Origin: an uncultured delta proteobacterium
Lineage (GTDB): Bacteria > Myxococcota_A > Polyangia > Polyangiales > Polyangiaceae
Direction: 5' to 3'
DNA: 64,000 nt
Assembly: GCA_963782055.1 (NCBI GenBank)
Contig: CAWAIF010000003.1
Location: 6,080,001 to 6,144,000 of the forward strand
The position numbers and the translations under genes were made by a program. Below are positions 9,717 through 19,455 of the stretch, piece after piece. The notes beneath the pieces are model-generated. The model was not told the origin of the DNA. It saw nothing but the letters and a program-made list of their open reading frames with translations, and ran no database searches. Numbering within the stretch: the stretch's first letter is position 1; each line of letters opens with the position of its first letter.

Positions 9717-10658
9717 TCACTTGATCGGGATGCCGCCGCCGTCCTGGTCGGTCACGGGCGCGGACGTCGTCGACCCGGCGCCCCAGAACACCAGGTTCGG
9801 CGGGGCGTTGGGGATGTTGATGTTCTGCGTGACGATGGCGTTGTTCTTCGCCGTGATCTGGAAGAGCTCGCCGGCGGCGTCGAAGCCGAAGAGGGTGCCG
9901 CCCCAGAAGGCGAGGCCGTAGACCGCCGAGTGGTTCACCGAGCCGTAGTTCTGCACCACGTTGCCGGTCTTGGGGTCCACCTGCAGCAAGCAGTCGTTGC
10001 AGCTGTTGCCGTTCACCGTGAGGAAGGTGCCGCCGTTGATGACCGAGACGATGTCCCCGCTGGACGAGTAGCCACCGGTGAGGGTGCCGACGTTGGTCAC
10101 CGCGCCGCTGGAGGTGTCGATGCGCACGTAGGTGCTGCCGAAGTAGCCGACGAGCGCCTCGGCGTTCGCGTCCAGCGTGCCCTTCGGGACGAAGGACAGG
10201 GAGTTCGGGTAGCTGCCCGTGGAGACCTGCGTGCACTTCGCCGTGGCGAGATCCAGCTTGTAGAAGGCGCTGAAGGTGGTGACGAAGGCGTTGGAGTTGG
10301 CGTCGATGGCCAGGTCGATGACGCTGGAGCAGCCGCCGCTGAAGCTCCCGACGAGGGTGACGCCCTTGGTCTTCGGGTCGACCTTGTAGAGCTGGCTGGG
10401 GCTGTGCGCGTAGACGACCGCGACCTCCGGCGGGGGCCCGGAGTCCACCACGACGCCGGCGTCGCCGCCGTCGAAGCTGACGAAGCCGGAGTCGTCCCCG
10501 TTGGTGCCGCCGCCGTCGTCGGTGGTGCCGCCGCCGTCGTCCCCGCCGCCCGCGTCGCCGCCGTTGTCGAAGCCGGACGGGCCAGTGGTGCCGCCGCAGG
10601 CCGCGAACGCACCGGACACCAGGACCGCACACCCAAGGGCAAGCAAGCGACTACGCAT
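9717..10658 (-). CDS. Lipoprotein, probable beta-propeller
   Basis: ATG 10658 with lipobox FAAC; G/D-rich linker; repeated LYK(V/L)D..T motifs. Confidence 0.75.
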   Translation of the reverse strand: MRSRLLALGCAVLVSGAFAACGGTTGPSGFDNGGDAGGGDDGGGTTDDGGGTNGDDSGFVSFDGGDAGVVVDSGPPPEVAVVYAHSPSQLYKVDPKTKGVTLVGSFSGGCSSVIDLAIDANSNAFVTTFSAFYKLDLATAKCTQVSTGSYPNSLSFVPKGTLDANAEALVGYFGSTYVRIDTSSGAVTNVGTLTGGYSSSGDIVSVINGGTFLTVNGNSCNDCLLQVDPKTGNVVQNYGSVNHSAVYGLAFWGGTLFGFDAAGELFQITAKNNAIVTQNINIPNAPPNLVFWGAGSTTSAPVTDQDGGGIPIK

Positions 10659-10723
10659 GACGGCCTCCTGGTCTGAATCTAACAGACCGAGCCCCGGCGG
10701 ACCACCGCGGCGGTGGCGTACGC

Positions 10724-11944
10724 TCAGGGATCGGCCGCCGGCGCCAGCGTGGGCAAGACGATCCCGCGTGTCTCGGGCAGCACCCAGACCCACGACGCGG
10801 TGCACAGCGCGAGGACCAGCGGGACGGACAGGCCCCCCGCGAGGCCGTACGCGCCGACGGCCCACGCGACCAAAATGGGCGCGCCGAGCTGCGCCGCCCG
10901 CGCCAGGTTGTAGGTCGTCCCCATCGCGAAGGCGCGCACCTCCGTCGGGTAGAGCTCCGCCAGCAACGCGCCGAACCCCGCCGTGCAGCCGGAGCCCACG
11001 CCCAGGGCGAGCATCGTCGCCCAGAAGAGCACCGGCGTGGCCGAGAGGCGCTCCCACGCGAAGGCGAGCGGCGCGATGGCCGCGGCGGTCAGCACCGAGA
11101 AGAGCGCGAACGCCGGCCGGCGGCCGAGACGGTCGGACACCTGGCCGAAGATCAGCATGCCGGTGAACTGCCCGACCTGCGCGGTCATCACCCACGCGAC
11201 GCTCCGGGCGACGCCCTGGTGCATCTCCTTCACCAGGAAGGACGGCAGCCACGTGTAGCAGGTCCAGTAGGTGCCGAGCTTGAAGACGCCGAGGATCCAC
11301 GCGAAGAGGAGGCGCTTGCCCACGCCCGCGGCGATGACCTCGCGTATCGGCGGGCGTTTCTGGCCGACGTCGTTCGGCAGGTGGAGCGAGCGGCGCGCGG
11401 CGAAGGCGAGCAGCGCGGTGGCGCTCGAGCCGATCATCACCCAGCGCCACCCCACGTGCGGCGCGATCAGGTAGCCGGCGATCGCCGCGATCGCCACGCC
11501 CACCGGCTCGCCCGACTGCAACAGCGCGGAGCCGCGCCCGCGCATGTGGTTGCCGATCGCCTCCGCCACCAGCGCGTGGCCGATCGCCCACTCGCCGCCG
11601 ACGCCGAGCCCGACGATGGCGCGGCCGAGCAGGAAGACCCAGATGTTCGGGGCGAGCCCGGCGACGATGGACCCGAAGGAGTAAAAGAGGATGGTCGTGG
11701 CGAGCATCGTGCGCTTGCCGATGCGGTCGGCGAGCGCGCCGGCCACGATGCCGCCCAGGCCGGAGGTGCCGAGCGCCACGCCGAGCATCCACGCCTCGCC
11801 GGTGGCGGTGAGGTGCAGCGACTTGCCGACGTCGTCCTTCAGGAAGCCGAGCAGGACGAGGTCGTAGAAGTCGAACGTCCAGCCGAAGAAGGCGAAGAGG
11901 AAAATCTTCGTCGGGAAGCGGCTCGCCGCGGGCGCCTCGGCCAT
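10724..11944 (-). CDS. MFS transporter
   Basis: GWTFDFYD, LADRIGKR, GLGVGGEW, SDRLGRR, ELYPTEVRA; about 12 hydrophobic segments. Confidence 0.92.
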   Translation of the reverse strand: MAEAPAASRFPTKIFLFAFFGWTFDFYDLVLLGFLKDDVGKSLHLTATGEAWMLGVALGTSGLGGIVAGALADRIGKRTMLATTILFYSFGSIVAGLAPNIWVFLLGRAIVGLGVGGEWAIGHALVAEAIGNHMRGRGSALLQSGEPVGVAIAAIAGYLIAPHVGWRWVMIGSSATALLAFAARRSLHLPNDVGQKRPPIREVIAAGVGKRLLFAWILGVFKLGTYWTCYTWLPSFLVKEMHQGVARSVAWVMTAQVGQFTGMLIFGQVSDRLGRRPAFALFSVLTAAAIAPLAFAWERLSATPVLFWATMLALGVGSGCTAGFGALLAELYPTEVRAFAMGTTYNLARAAQLGAPILVAWAVGAYGLAGGLSVPLVLALCTASWVWVLPETRGIVLPTLAPAADP

Positions 11945-11958
11945 CCGCCCAGCCTACC

Positions 11959-12438
11959 TCAGGGCTTGCGCGGGCGGCGCGACGGACGACGGCTCGGCCG
12001 CGCGGGCGCCTCGTCCTCCTCCTCGCGCGGGATGGGCTTGCCCGTCGGGCGACGCGGCAGGGCCAGCTCCTTCGGCGCGGGGCGCGCGGCGACCGCCGGG
12101 TCCGGGGCCTGGTCGGAATCCAGCCAGCTCGCGCGCACGTCCATCGTCTTGTTCATCGACCGGCGCCCGGGGCCCGGGGGACGAGCCTCACTGCCGGGCA
12201 GCGGGGGCACGGCCAGGCGCGCGCCGGGGATGGGCGGCGGCACCTGCTTCTTCCTCGCCTTCCCTTCCGCCTCGCGCTCCTGCTCCTCCTCCGGCTCGAG
12301 CCAGTCGCTCTCGACGGTGAGCGTCTCGCGTTTGCGCGAGGACGCGGAGGTGCGCACCGAGGGGCGAGGGGGCGAGGGCCGCGGAACGGAGGGGCGCGGC
12401 GGCTTCTTCGACGTCCGCGGGGGCTTGGATGCGGTCAC
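11959..12438 (-). CDS. Hypothetical Pro/Arg-rich low-complexity protein
   Basis: Fills the gap upstream of the MFS gene; two T..V...WL motifs (TLTVESDWLE, TMDVRASWLD); start uncertain. Confidence 0.5.
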   Translation of the reverse strand: MTASKPPRTSKKPPRPSVPRPSPPRPSVRTSASSRKRETLTVESDWLEPEEEQEREAEGKARKKQVPPPIPGARLAVPPLPGSEARPPGPGRRSMNKTMDVRASWLDSDQAPDPAVAARPAPKELALPRRPTGKPIPREEEDEAPARPSRRPSRRPRKP

Positions 12439-12541
12439 GACGCGGCGAGCATACCACTTCCCCGGAGGGCCGGCCCGCCACCCCCGAGAGGCGCGCGCCA
12501 GGACCGTTGCGCGCTGGCCCGGAGAGTGCCAACGTGGGGGC

Positions 12542-13792
12542 ATGATGCCCTCCTTTAAGCTCCTGATGCTTGGCTTGGTCCCGCTCGCCGTCGCCGCGTG
12601 CGTCGGCGACTCGCCGGTGACGACGAACGACGCCGGCGGCGACGATAGCGGCGTCACCCCGGACACCGGCGCCCCCCCCGCCGACGCGGGCGGCACGGAC
12701 GGTGCGAGCGACGCCGCCGCGGACGCGCCCCTCACCTGCAACAACGGCCTGACGGCGTGCGGAGGGACGTGCGTCGACACCTCCATCGACGACAAGAACT
12801 GCGGCAAGTGCGCCCACGACTGCGGCGGGGTCGGCCTGTGCACCGATGGCGTCTGCCAGCCTCAGGTGATCCGCGACAAGATCGCGTACGGCCCGGTCAC
12901 GATGACCGTCGACGACAACGGCGTCTACTTCTACGCGCAGAACGACAACGCCTTTCAGATCCAGAAGTGCCCGCTCGCCGGATGCACCCAGACGCCGGCG
13001 ATCGTCGGGACCATGATCAACTACTACTACAGCCTGATGGGACAGGCGGGCACGCTGGTCTTCACGAGCTCGAACCAGTCGACGAAAGAGCGTCCGACCT
13101 TCTTCTACTGCGACGACAAGGGGTGCCCATCGTCCGGGACGGTGATCTCCAGTCAGAGCGTCGACAGCGACGGGCTCGGGTCGGTCGACCTGCTCTCCTT
13201 CAAGGGCAAGGACGCGTACTACCTCCACCAGAACGCCCACGCCCTCCGCCACACCGTGTGCGAGGCGGGGGTGTGCGGCAGTCACGAGGACATCTTGTCC
13301 ACGTCGACGACCTCCGTGAAGATGCTCACCTCCGACGGGACGAACCTCTTCTTCATCGACGGCAACGGCGCCCTCGATCGCTGCGCCGCCAGCGGCGCGT
13401 GCACGCCCACGGTCCTCGCGGGCAACCAGAACGCCAAGGCCATCGCGATCGAGGGCACCAACCTCTTCCTGCTCGTCTCCGGCGCGTCCGGCTACCAGGA
13501 CGGGCAGATCAAGACGTGCCCGACGAGCGGGAACTGCTCCCCGGTCGTCTTCCTCAAGAACATGGCCTACCCGACCAGCTTCACCGTGACGCCCGTCGGC
13601 CCGGCGTGGTTCGCCGAGGACGTCGGCAACCTGCAGACCTGCCCGCTGCAGAACTGCGTCGCCCCGATCAACGTGGTCAAGAACCTCGCGTCCGTCGGGC
13701 TCCAGCAGCTCCAGTCCAACGGCAACTTCGTCTACTGGGTGCAGAACGGATCCATCGCCAACACGCAGGCGATCTTCCGCGTCGCGCTCTGA
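12542..13792 (+). CDS. Cys-rich lipoprotein with disulfide-looped propeller repeats
   Basis: Lipobox VAAC; DDKNCGKCAHDC repeat; repeats KCPLAGC, TCPTSGNC, TCPLQNC. Confidence 0.8.
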   Translation: MMPSFKLLMLGLVPLAVAACVGDSPVTTNDAGGDDSGVTPDTGAPPADAGGTDGASDAAADAPLTCNNGLTACGGTCVDTSIDDKNCGKCAHDCGGVGLCTDGVCQPQVIRDKIAYGPVTMTVDDNGVYFYAQNDNAFQIQKCPLAGCTQTPAIVGTMINYYYSLMGQAGTLVFTSSNQSTKERPTFFYCDDKGCPSSGTVISSQSVDSDGLGSVDLLSFKGKDAYYLHQNAHALRHTVCEAGVCGSHEDILSTSTTSVKMLTSDGTNLFFIDGNGALDRCAASGACTPTVLAGNQNAKAIAIEGTNLFLLVSGASGYQDGQIKTCPTSGNCSPVVFLKNMAYPTSFTVTPVGPAWFAEDVGNLQTCPLQNCVAPINVVKNLASVGLQQLQSNGNFVYWVQNGSIANTQAIFRVAL

Positions 13793-13854
13793 CGCCCGCA
13801 CCTCCCCGGCGCCCCACCGACGTGCAGCGGAGGGGCGCGTAGGGAGGAGGGGCC

Positions 13855-16153
13855 TCAGCGGCCGAGCGCCTCCGCCCGGTTGACGATGCGCGGCGTGAGG
13901 AAGATCACCAGCTCGTTGCGCGAGTCGCTCGCGCGGCGGCGCTGGAAGAGCACGCCCAGGATGGGGATGTCGCCGAAGAAGGGCACCTGATCCAGGTTGC
14001 GGCCGGTGTTGCGGGTGTAGATGCCGCCGATGACCGCGGTGTGGCCGTCCATGACGAGCAGATCGGTCTCCGCCTCGCGCTTGAGGATGGTGGGGTCGCC
14101 GCGCGCCGACGTCTGCGTGAAGTCCGGCTCGTCGCGGTTGATCTTCACGTGCATGGCGACCGAGCCGTCGGCCGTCACGTGCGGGCGCACCAGGAGCTGC
14201 AGCTTGGCCTCCTGGAAGGTGGTCTGCACGCCCTGCGCGCTGATCTGCGCGAACGGAATGAGCGTGCCCTGGTTGATGCGCGCCTCGCGGTTGTCCAGCG
14301 TGAGGATGCGCGGGCTGGAGACGATGCGGATCATGCCGCTCGACTCGGCGGCGGAGAGGCGCACGTTGAGGTTCAGGTTGTTGTCGACCGACCCGAACGT
14401 CAGGCCGAGCGCGCCGCCGGCCCCGGTTCCGACCGCGGCAGGGAGGTTGACCGCGAAGTTGGGGTTGGGGATCTGCCGCTGGAACGGCGAAAGACCCGCG
14501 GTGGGCGACTGCTGGTCGTAGTTACCGCCAGTGACGCCGACGCGCGAGGGGAAGGCGATGCCGGTGGGGTTGCCGGTGGCCTCGCTGAAGGTGGTGTCGC
14601 CACCCCACTGGATGCCGACGTCGCGCAGGTACTTGCTCGTGGCCTCGACGATGCGCGCCTCGACGAGCACCTGCGGGGTCTGCGTGTCGAGCGAGCGCAC
14701 GAGCTCCTCGACGTGGTTCAGGTTGCCGGCGATGTCGCGCGCGATGAGCACGTTGGTGCGCTCGTCGACGGCGATGGACCCGCGCGGGGAGAGCAGGTCC
14801 TTGGCGCGCGCCTGGAGCTCCTCGGCGTTGGCGTAGCTCACCGGGATGAGGCGGGTCTCGAGCGGCGCCAGGTCGAGCTCCTGCTTGGCGGCGGCGAGCT
14901 TGAGCTCGCGCTCCTTCTGCAGCACGGCGATGGGCGCGACGCGGATGATGTTGCCCTGGCGCACCATGCCGAGGCTCTTGGCCTGCAGGACGACGTCGAG
15001 CGCCTGGTCCCACGGCACGTTGCGCATGCGGATGGTGATGTTGCCGGAGACGTCGTCGGCGGTGACGATGTTGACGTGCCCGACGTCCGCCAGCAACCGC
15101 AGGATGTTGTGGATGTCGGCGTCCTTGAGGTCGAGGTCGATGCGCCGCCCGTGGTAGCGCCCCACCTGCGCGTTGACGGTGGACGCGAAGCCCGCCGCCC
15201 CGCCGCCGGTGGTCTTCTCCTCGATGCCGCCGCCGTCCTCGTAGTTGGTGATGACGCGCGGGACGTCGACGGGCTCGTCCTCGCGGGCGACGGTGATGAC
15301 GCGGCGGCCACCACGCGCGGGCCCGGAGATGGGCGAGTCGACGCCGCTCCCGGCCGGCTCGTCGAAGGACCACACCAGCTTGTTGCCCTCCACCGTGACC
15401 TCGCCCTCGGCGGAGCCGGCGCGATTGATCTCGATGATGGCCTTGCCCGCGTGGTTGTCCACGAAGGTGCTGACGGTCCGCAGGAACCCGTGATACGCGC
15501 TCACGTCGAGCGTGCGGAGCAGGGTGTCGGGGACCTTGGTGTTCTTGAGCTCCAGCCGGACCCTGCCGCTAGGCGTGGTGGTGAGCGTGTACGCAGGCAT
15601 GGGCGAGACCGAGATGACGACCCGGTCGTGGCCGCGGCCGACGCCCGCCGGCTGACGCTCGAAGCGCACCTCGGAGAGGGCCGCGCGGTCCGGCTCGGTC
15701 TTCGCGAGCGTGGGTGCGGGCAGGGTGCTCGGCGCGGTGGTCCCCGCGGGCGCGAGGATCAGGTGCAGCGTCGTGCCGTCCACGCGCACCCGGTAGGTGG
15801 CGTCCCTGGTCATGTTGACCAGCACGCGGGCGATCGTCCCCGACCCCGAGCGGTAGGCGCGTGTGAGGACGCCGAAGCCCGAACGGGACAGCGCCTGCGG
15901 CGCGCCGACGACGTCCGCGTTGGAGAGGTCCAGGATCAACCTCTTGCCTCCGGCGTCCGAATCGGACCTGGTACGAGGGCGCGGACGTGCCGACGACCTC
16001 GATGTCGGTCGCCGAGGGTATCCCGTCGGCCGCGTGCACTCTGACGTCCCGCACGTGATTCGGAGCCGCCTGGGCGAGCGCCGAGGCCGGCCAGAGGCCG
16101 AGCGCCGACGATCCCAACATGGCGATGGCTCGCGTTCGTGCTGCCTTCTTCAT
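13855..16153 (-). CDS. pilQ: Type IV pilus secretin PilQ (apparent frameshift near 15960)
   Basis: Signal peptide in the 16153 frame; AMIN-like domains; DADIHNILRLLA, VPWDQALD, secretin C-terminus VPFFGDIPILG.LF..NELVIFLTPRIV. Confidence 0.92.
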
Positions 16154-16364
16154 GGCAACTCCTCGCGCCCTTCGGACAGAAGGGCATGCGAGAGGACGGT
16201 AGTCCGGGCATCCGGAGACGGCCCACTTTGTGGCGAAAGTCAGCGCGCGAAGACGCCAGGCAGAGCATTGTCGCCGGCCACCACGCCGCCCGACGCGAGC
16301 GGGAGGATGGGGCGCGGCCGCACGGGAGGGCTCCGGACGCCCGACGCGTGGCGGAGGGCCACGC

Positions 16365-16967
16365 TCAGTTCACGCGCGGCTGGCCGTTCTGGTGGTCGCT
16401 CTCGGGGTGGAGCGGGATGACGCGCGTCGCGGGCGGCACGCCGGGCTGCGCGGGGTCCTCGCGCGTGAGCACGATATCGCCGTCGCGGATGCGGTCGACG
16501 CGCCAGTTGAGCTGGTAGTCGGCGCCGTTGGTGCCTCCGGTGTGCACGGTGTCCGGCCGGCCGATGAAGTCGCCCTTCTTGACCACCCAGCCCTTCGTCG
16601 TCGGGTCGACCAGCATCGCCCGGGGGTAGTCACCGCCGCGGACGATCGCCACCAGCTTGAGCTCGTCGAGCGAGTACTGCGGCAGCACGACGGGGAGCTG
16701 GCGCTCGTGGGTGTGGGACTTTTCCTGGACGAAGAGTTGAGCGAAGGAGCGGAAGGGATCGCGGGAGTGGTCGCTCTCGGTGAACTCGTTCTCGGTGTAC
16801 TCGACCATCGGCCCCTTGGGGGCGAGCGCGCCGGCGTCGGGCGCCTTCTTGGCCGCGCTGCGCTGCGCAGCCGTGGGCGGCGGGGGCATCTTGTTGGCCT
16901 TGCTCCCGCCGCACGCGGCGATGGACGCCGCGGGCAAGAGCACGCAGAGGAGCAGGAGGCGGCGCAT
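16365..16967 (-). CDS. pilP: Type IV pilus lipoprotein PilP
   Basis: Lipobox IAAC; RDPF; LDELKLVAIV..AMLVDP; sits between pilO and pilQ. Confidence 0.88.
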   Translation of the reverse strand: MRRLLLLCVLLPAASIAACGGSKANKMPPPPTAAQRSAAKKAPDAGALAPKGPMVEYTENEFTESDHSRDPFRSFAQLFVQEKSHTHERQLPVVLPQYSLDELKLVAIVRGGDYPRAMLVDPTTKGWVVKKGDFIGRPDTVHTGGTNGADYQLNWRVDRIRDGDIVLTREDPAQPGVPPATRVIPLHPESDHQNGQPRVN

Positions 16968-17611
16968 CACTTCATCCCTCCGGGCGGCGGGCGTCCGCCG
17001 GGCGGCGCCTTGCCGCCGGGCGCCTTCGCCGGCTTGGCGGCCACCGCGTGGAACGTCGTCGCGAGGCACTTGGCCTTCACCTTCACCTCGTCCCCGTCGA
17101 GGTGCGGGTCGCTCATCTCGATGTTCTCGATGTTGATGATGCGCTCCACGCGCCCCGCCTCGTAGGCGAACTTGGCGATCTGGTGGAAGCGGCCGCTCAT
17201 CTCCAGCTTCATGGGGAACTTGGCGTAAAAGGCCTGCTGCTGCTCGTCGAGGGGCTGCCAGGACTTCAGGTCGACGCCGCTCACGTTGGCCACCTGCTGC
17301 AGCGCGGAGAGGAAGGCGGGCGCCTCGGTGTCGGCGGGCAGCTCCTTGTTCAGCTCGCGCTGCTTCTGCTGGCGGAGCGCGAGTTCGTCACGGTCGGCGA
17401 TGTAGGAGGCCTGCGCCTGCTGCTCCTTCGACAGCTCGGACTGGAGGCGCGTGTGCGCGTTGTTCGCCGCCTGGATCTTGGCGGAGATGTCGCTGTAGAA
17501 GACGACCCAGTAGACGAGCGCGACGAGCACGACGCCGATGGCGCCGACGCCGAGCCGGGCGGGGAGTCCGAGCTTCGCGAGCCCGCTGGTCTGCGCGGTG
17601 GAGGTGGCCAT
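16967..17611 (-). CDS. pilO: Type IV pilus protein PilO
   Basis: N-terminal TM, coiled coil, LP...E, FYAKFP..GRFHQIAKF..RIINI. Confidence 0.88.
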   Translation of the reverse strand: MATSTAQTSGLAKLGLPARLGVGAIGVVLVALVYWVVFYSDISAKIQAANNAHTRLQSELSKEQQAQASYIADRDELALRQQKQRELNKELPADTEAPAFLSALQQVANVSGVDLKSWQPLDEQQQAFYAKFPMKLEMSGRFHQIAKFAYEAGRVERIINIENIEMSDPHLDGDEVKVKAKCLATTFHAVAAKPAKAPGGKAPPGGRPPPGGMK

Positions 17612-17612
17612 G

Positions 17613-19325
17613 TCAGTATTTCACCTTCGCGCTGACGGCGAACTGCTTCAGGCTGATGTGGGTGTCCTTGTCGACGACCTCGGTCGCCGGGAGCGGCTTC
17701 ACCTCGTAGAAGAAGTCGCTCAGGGCGAGGCGCCGCAAGAACTCGGCGACGTCCTCGCCGTCGCGGGCGAGGCCCTCGATCTTCACGTTGCGGTCGACCT
17801 CGGAGTACTTGGTGAGCCACAGGCGACGCGGGTCCCAGTTGGGGTTGGGGACGGCGCCCGGGTTGTCGCGCTTGAGCTGCTCCAGCTTGTCGTGGTCGAC
17901 GGTCGGCCCGCGGCCGACGGTGAGGATGCGCGAGAGCTCCAGCAGCACCGACGTGGGGCCGGTGCGCGCGGCCTGCAGCTTCTGGATGGCGTCCTCGCGG
18001 TCGCGGAGCTGCGCGAGCTCGGCCTTGATCTTCGGGTGGTCCGCCGTGTCCTTCTTGATCTTGTCGATGCTGGTCTGCAGGTCGGTGTTGTCGCCGTTGA
18101 TGCGGGTGAGGGTCGTCTGCTGCGAGCTGTGGAAGAAGGCGAGGCCCGCGATCTCCAGGAGCATCGCCAGGACGACGAGGCCGACCCACGCCTGGCCGCC
18201 CGCCCCGGTGGAGGCGCGGCGGGAGGTCTCCTTGCGCTGCGCGAGGAGGTTGATGCGGACGCGGCGCGTCTCCAGGTCGCGGCGCTCCTTGTCGGCGCGC
18301 AGGGCGAGGCCCACGGCCACACAGAGCTGCGGCGAGCGGGAGCGGAGCTCCGCCTCGTTCACGGTCTTCGGGTCGACGGCGAGGTTGGCGAGCGGGTCGA
18401 GCACCATCACCGGCACGCGCGCGCGCTTCTCGACGGCCTGCACGAGCGGCTGCAGGAAGGCGCTGCCGCCGCACACGTAGACCCGGTGGATCTCCGTCTC
18501 GCCGCTGGTCGCGAGATAGAAGTCGAGGGAGCGCTGGATCTCGCCGGCGAGCGAGTCGCACGCCTGCAGGATGACCTGCATCACCTGCGGGGGGGCCTGG
18601 CCGTGCGCGGCGCCGAGCTTGTACTGCTCGGCCTGGTCGAAGGGCACGCCGAGCTGGCGCTGGATCTCCTCGGTGATGGTGTTGCCGGCGTTGGTGACCT
18701 CGCGCGTGAAGGCGGAGACGCCGCGCGAGACGATGTTGAGCGAGGAGACGGTGGCGCCGATGTTGAGGAGCGCGACGGTCTGATCGTCCGGCAGGCCGTG
18801 GATGTACTCGAAGACGTTCTGGACGGTGAACGCGTTGATGTCGACGACGGTCGGCTTGATGCGAGCTTCCTTGACGATGCTCGCGTAGTCGTTGATCTCG
18901 TCCTTCTTCGCGGCGACGAGGAGGAGATCCATCTGCCCGGCCTCCGGCCGCCGGCGCAGGACCTCGTAGTCGATGTTCATCACCTTGATGTCGAAGGGGA
19001 TGTGCTGCTCCGCCTCCCAGGTGATCTGCTCGGCCAGCTCCGCGTTCGTCATGAGCGGCACTGTGATCTTGCGCACGATGACGCTCTGGCCGTACACGCC
19101 GATGGCGCACTCCTTCTGGGGGATCCGCTGCTCGCGGAACAGGCGCGAGATCGCCTCCAGCACCGCGGGGCGGTTCATCACGTGCCCGTCGACGATCGTC
19201 TGCGGGGGCAGCGGCATGTAGCCGTAGCGCACGACGGTCAGCCGCTTCCGGGCTTCCTTGAGGAGCACCACCTTGATGGAGCTCGCCCCGATGTCGACTC
19301 CGACCAGGTTCTTGCCTTCGGCCAT
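17613..19325 (-). CDS. pilM-pilN: Fused PilM-PilN
   Basis: PilM actin-like part (VGVDIGASSIKVV, EAEQHIPF, EIQRSLDFY, AVGLALR) continues in frame into PilN (RINLL, TM, coiled coil, LWLTKY). Confidence 0.88.
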   Translation of the reverse strand: MAEGKNLVGVDIGASSIKVVLLKEARKRLTVVRYGYMPLPPQTIVDGHVMNRPAVLEAISRLFREQRIPQKECAIGVYGQSVIVRKITVPLMTNAELAEQITWEAEQHIPFDIKVMNIDYEVLRRRPEAGQMDLLLVAAKKDEINDYASIVKEARIKPTVVDINAFTVQNVFEYIHGLPDDQTVALLNIGATVSSLNIVSRGVSAFTREVTNAGNTITEEIQRQLGVPFDQAEQYKLGAAHGQAPPQVMQVILQACDSLAGEIQRSLDFYLATSGETEIHRVYVCGGSAFLQPLVQAVEKRARVPVMVLDPLANLAVDPKTVNEAELRSRSPQLCVAVGLALRADKERRDLETRRVRINLLAQRKETSRRASTGAGGQAWVGLVVLAMLLEIAGLAFFHSSQQTTLTRINGDNTDLQTSIDKIKKDTADHPKIKAELAQLRDREDAIQKLQAARTGPTSVLLELSRILTVGRGPTVDHDKLEQLKRDNPGAVPNPNWDPRRLWLTKYSEVDRNVKIEGLARDGEDVAEFLRRLALSDFFYEVKPLPATEVVDKDTHISLKQFAVSAKVKY

Positions 19326-19455
19326 GCTGGTTCGTGCTTTCCGGCGAAGCGGTCCGACCGCGTTCGGACGTAAGTGTGGCACCCCCGTTCGGCGTCGGTC
19401 AAAAAAGAGCGCCCTGAGCATTGGAGCGTCGGGCCGCTTGAGGTATGGACGCTCC

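Noticed and set aside
12516..12532. sigma54-like TTGGCACTCTCCGGGC on the minus strand
   Set aside because: Spacing fits but the -12 element (GGGC) is poor and the downstream ORF is uncertain
11219..13792. Apparent large fusion ORFs (also 3820-5742, 9717-11792, 21441-25646, 25731-28211, 40950-44009, 46288-49086)
   Set aside because: The N-terminal extensions overlap other real genes; true starts with signal peptides or family motifs lie downstream
15940..15990. Programmed frameshift or phase variation in pilQ
   Set aside because: No slippery heptamer or homopolymer tract; a single-base sequencing error is simpler
19377..19392. TGGCAC between pilM and the LysM peptidase as a sigma54 promoter
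   Set aside because: The -12 position reads CG, not GC
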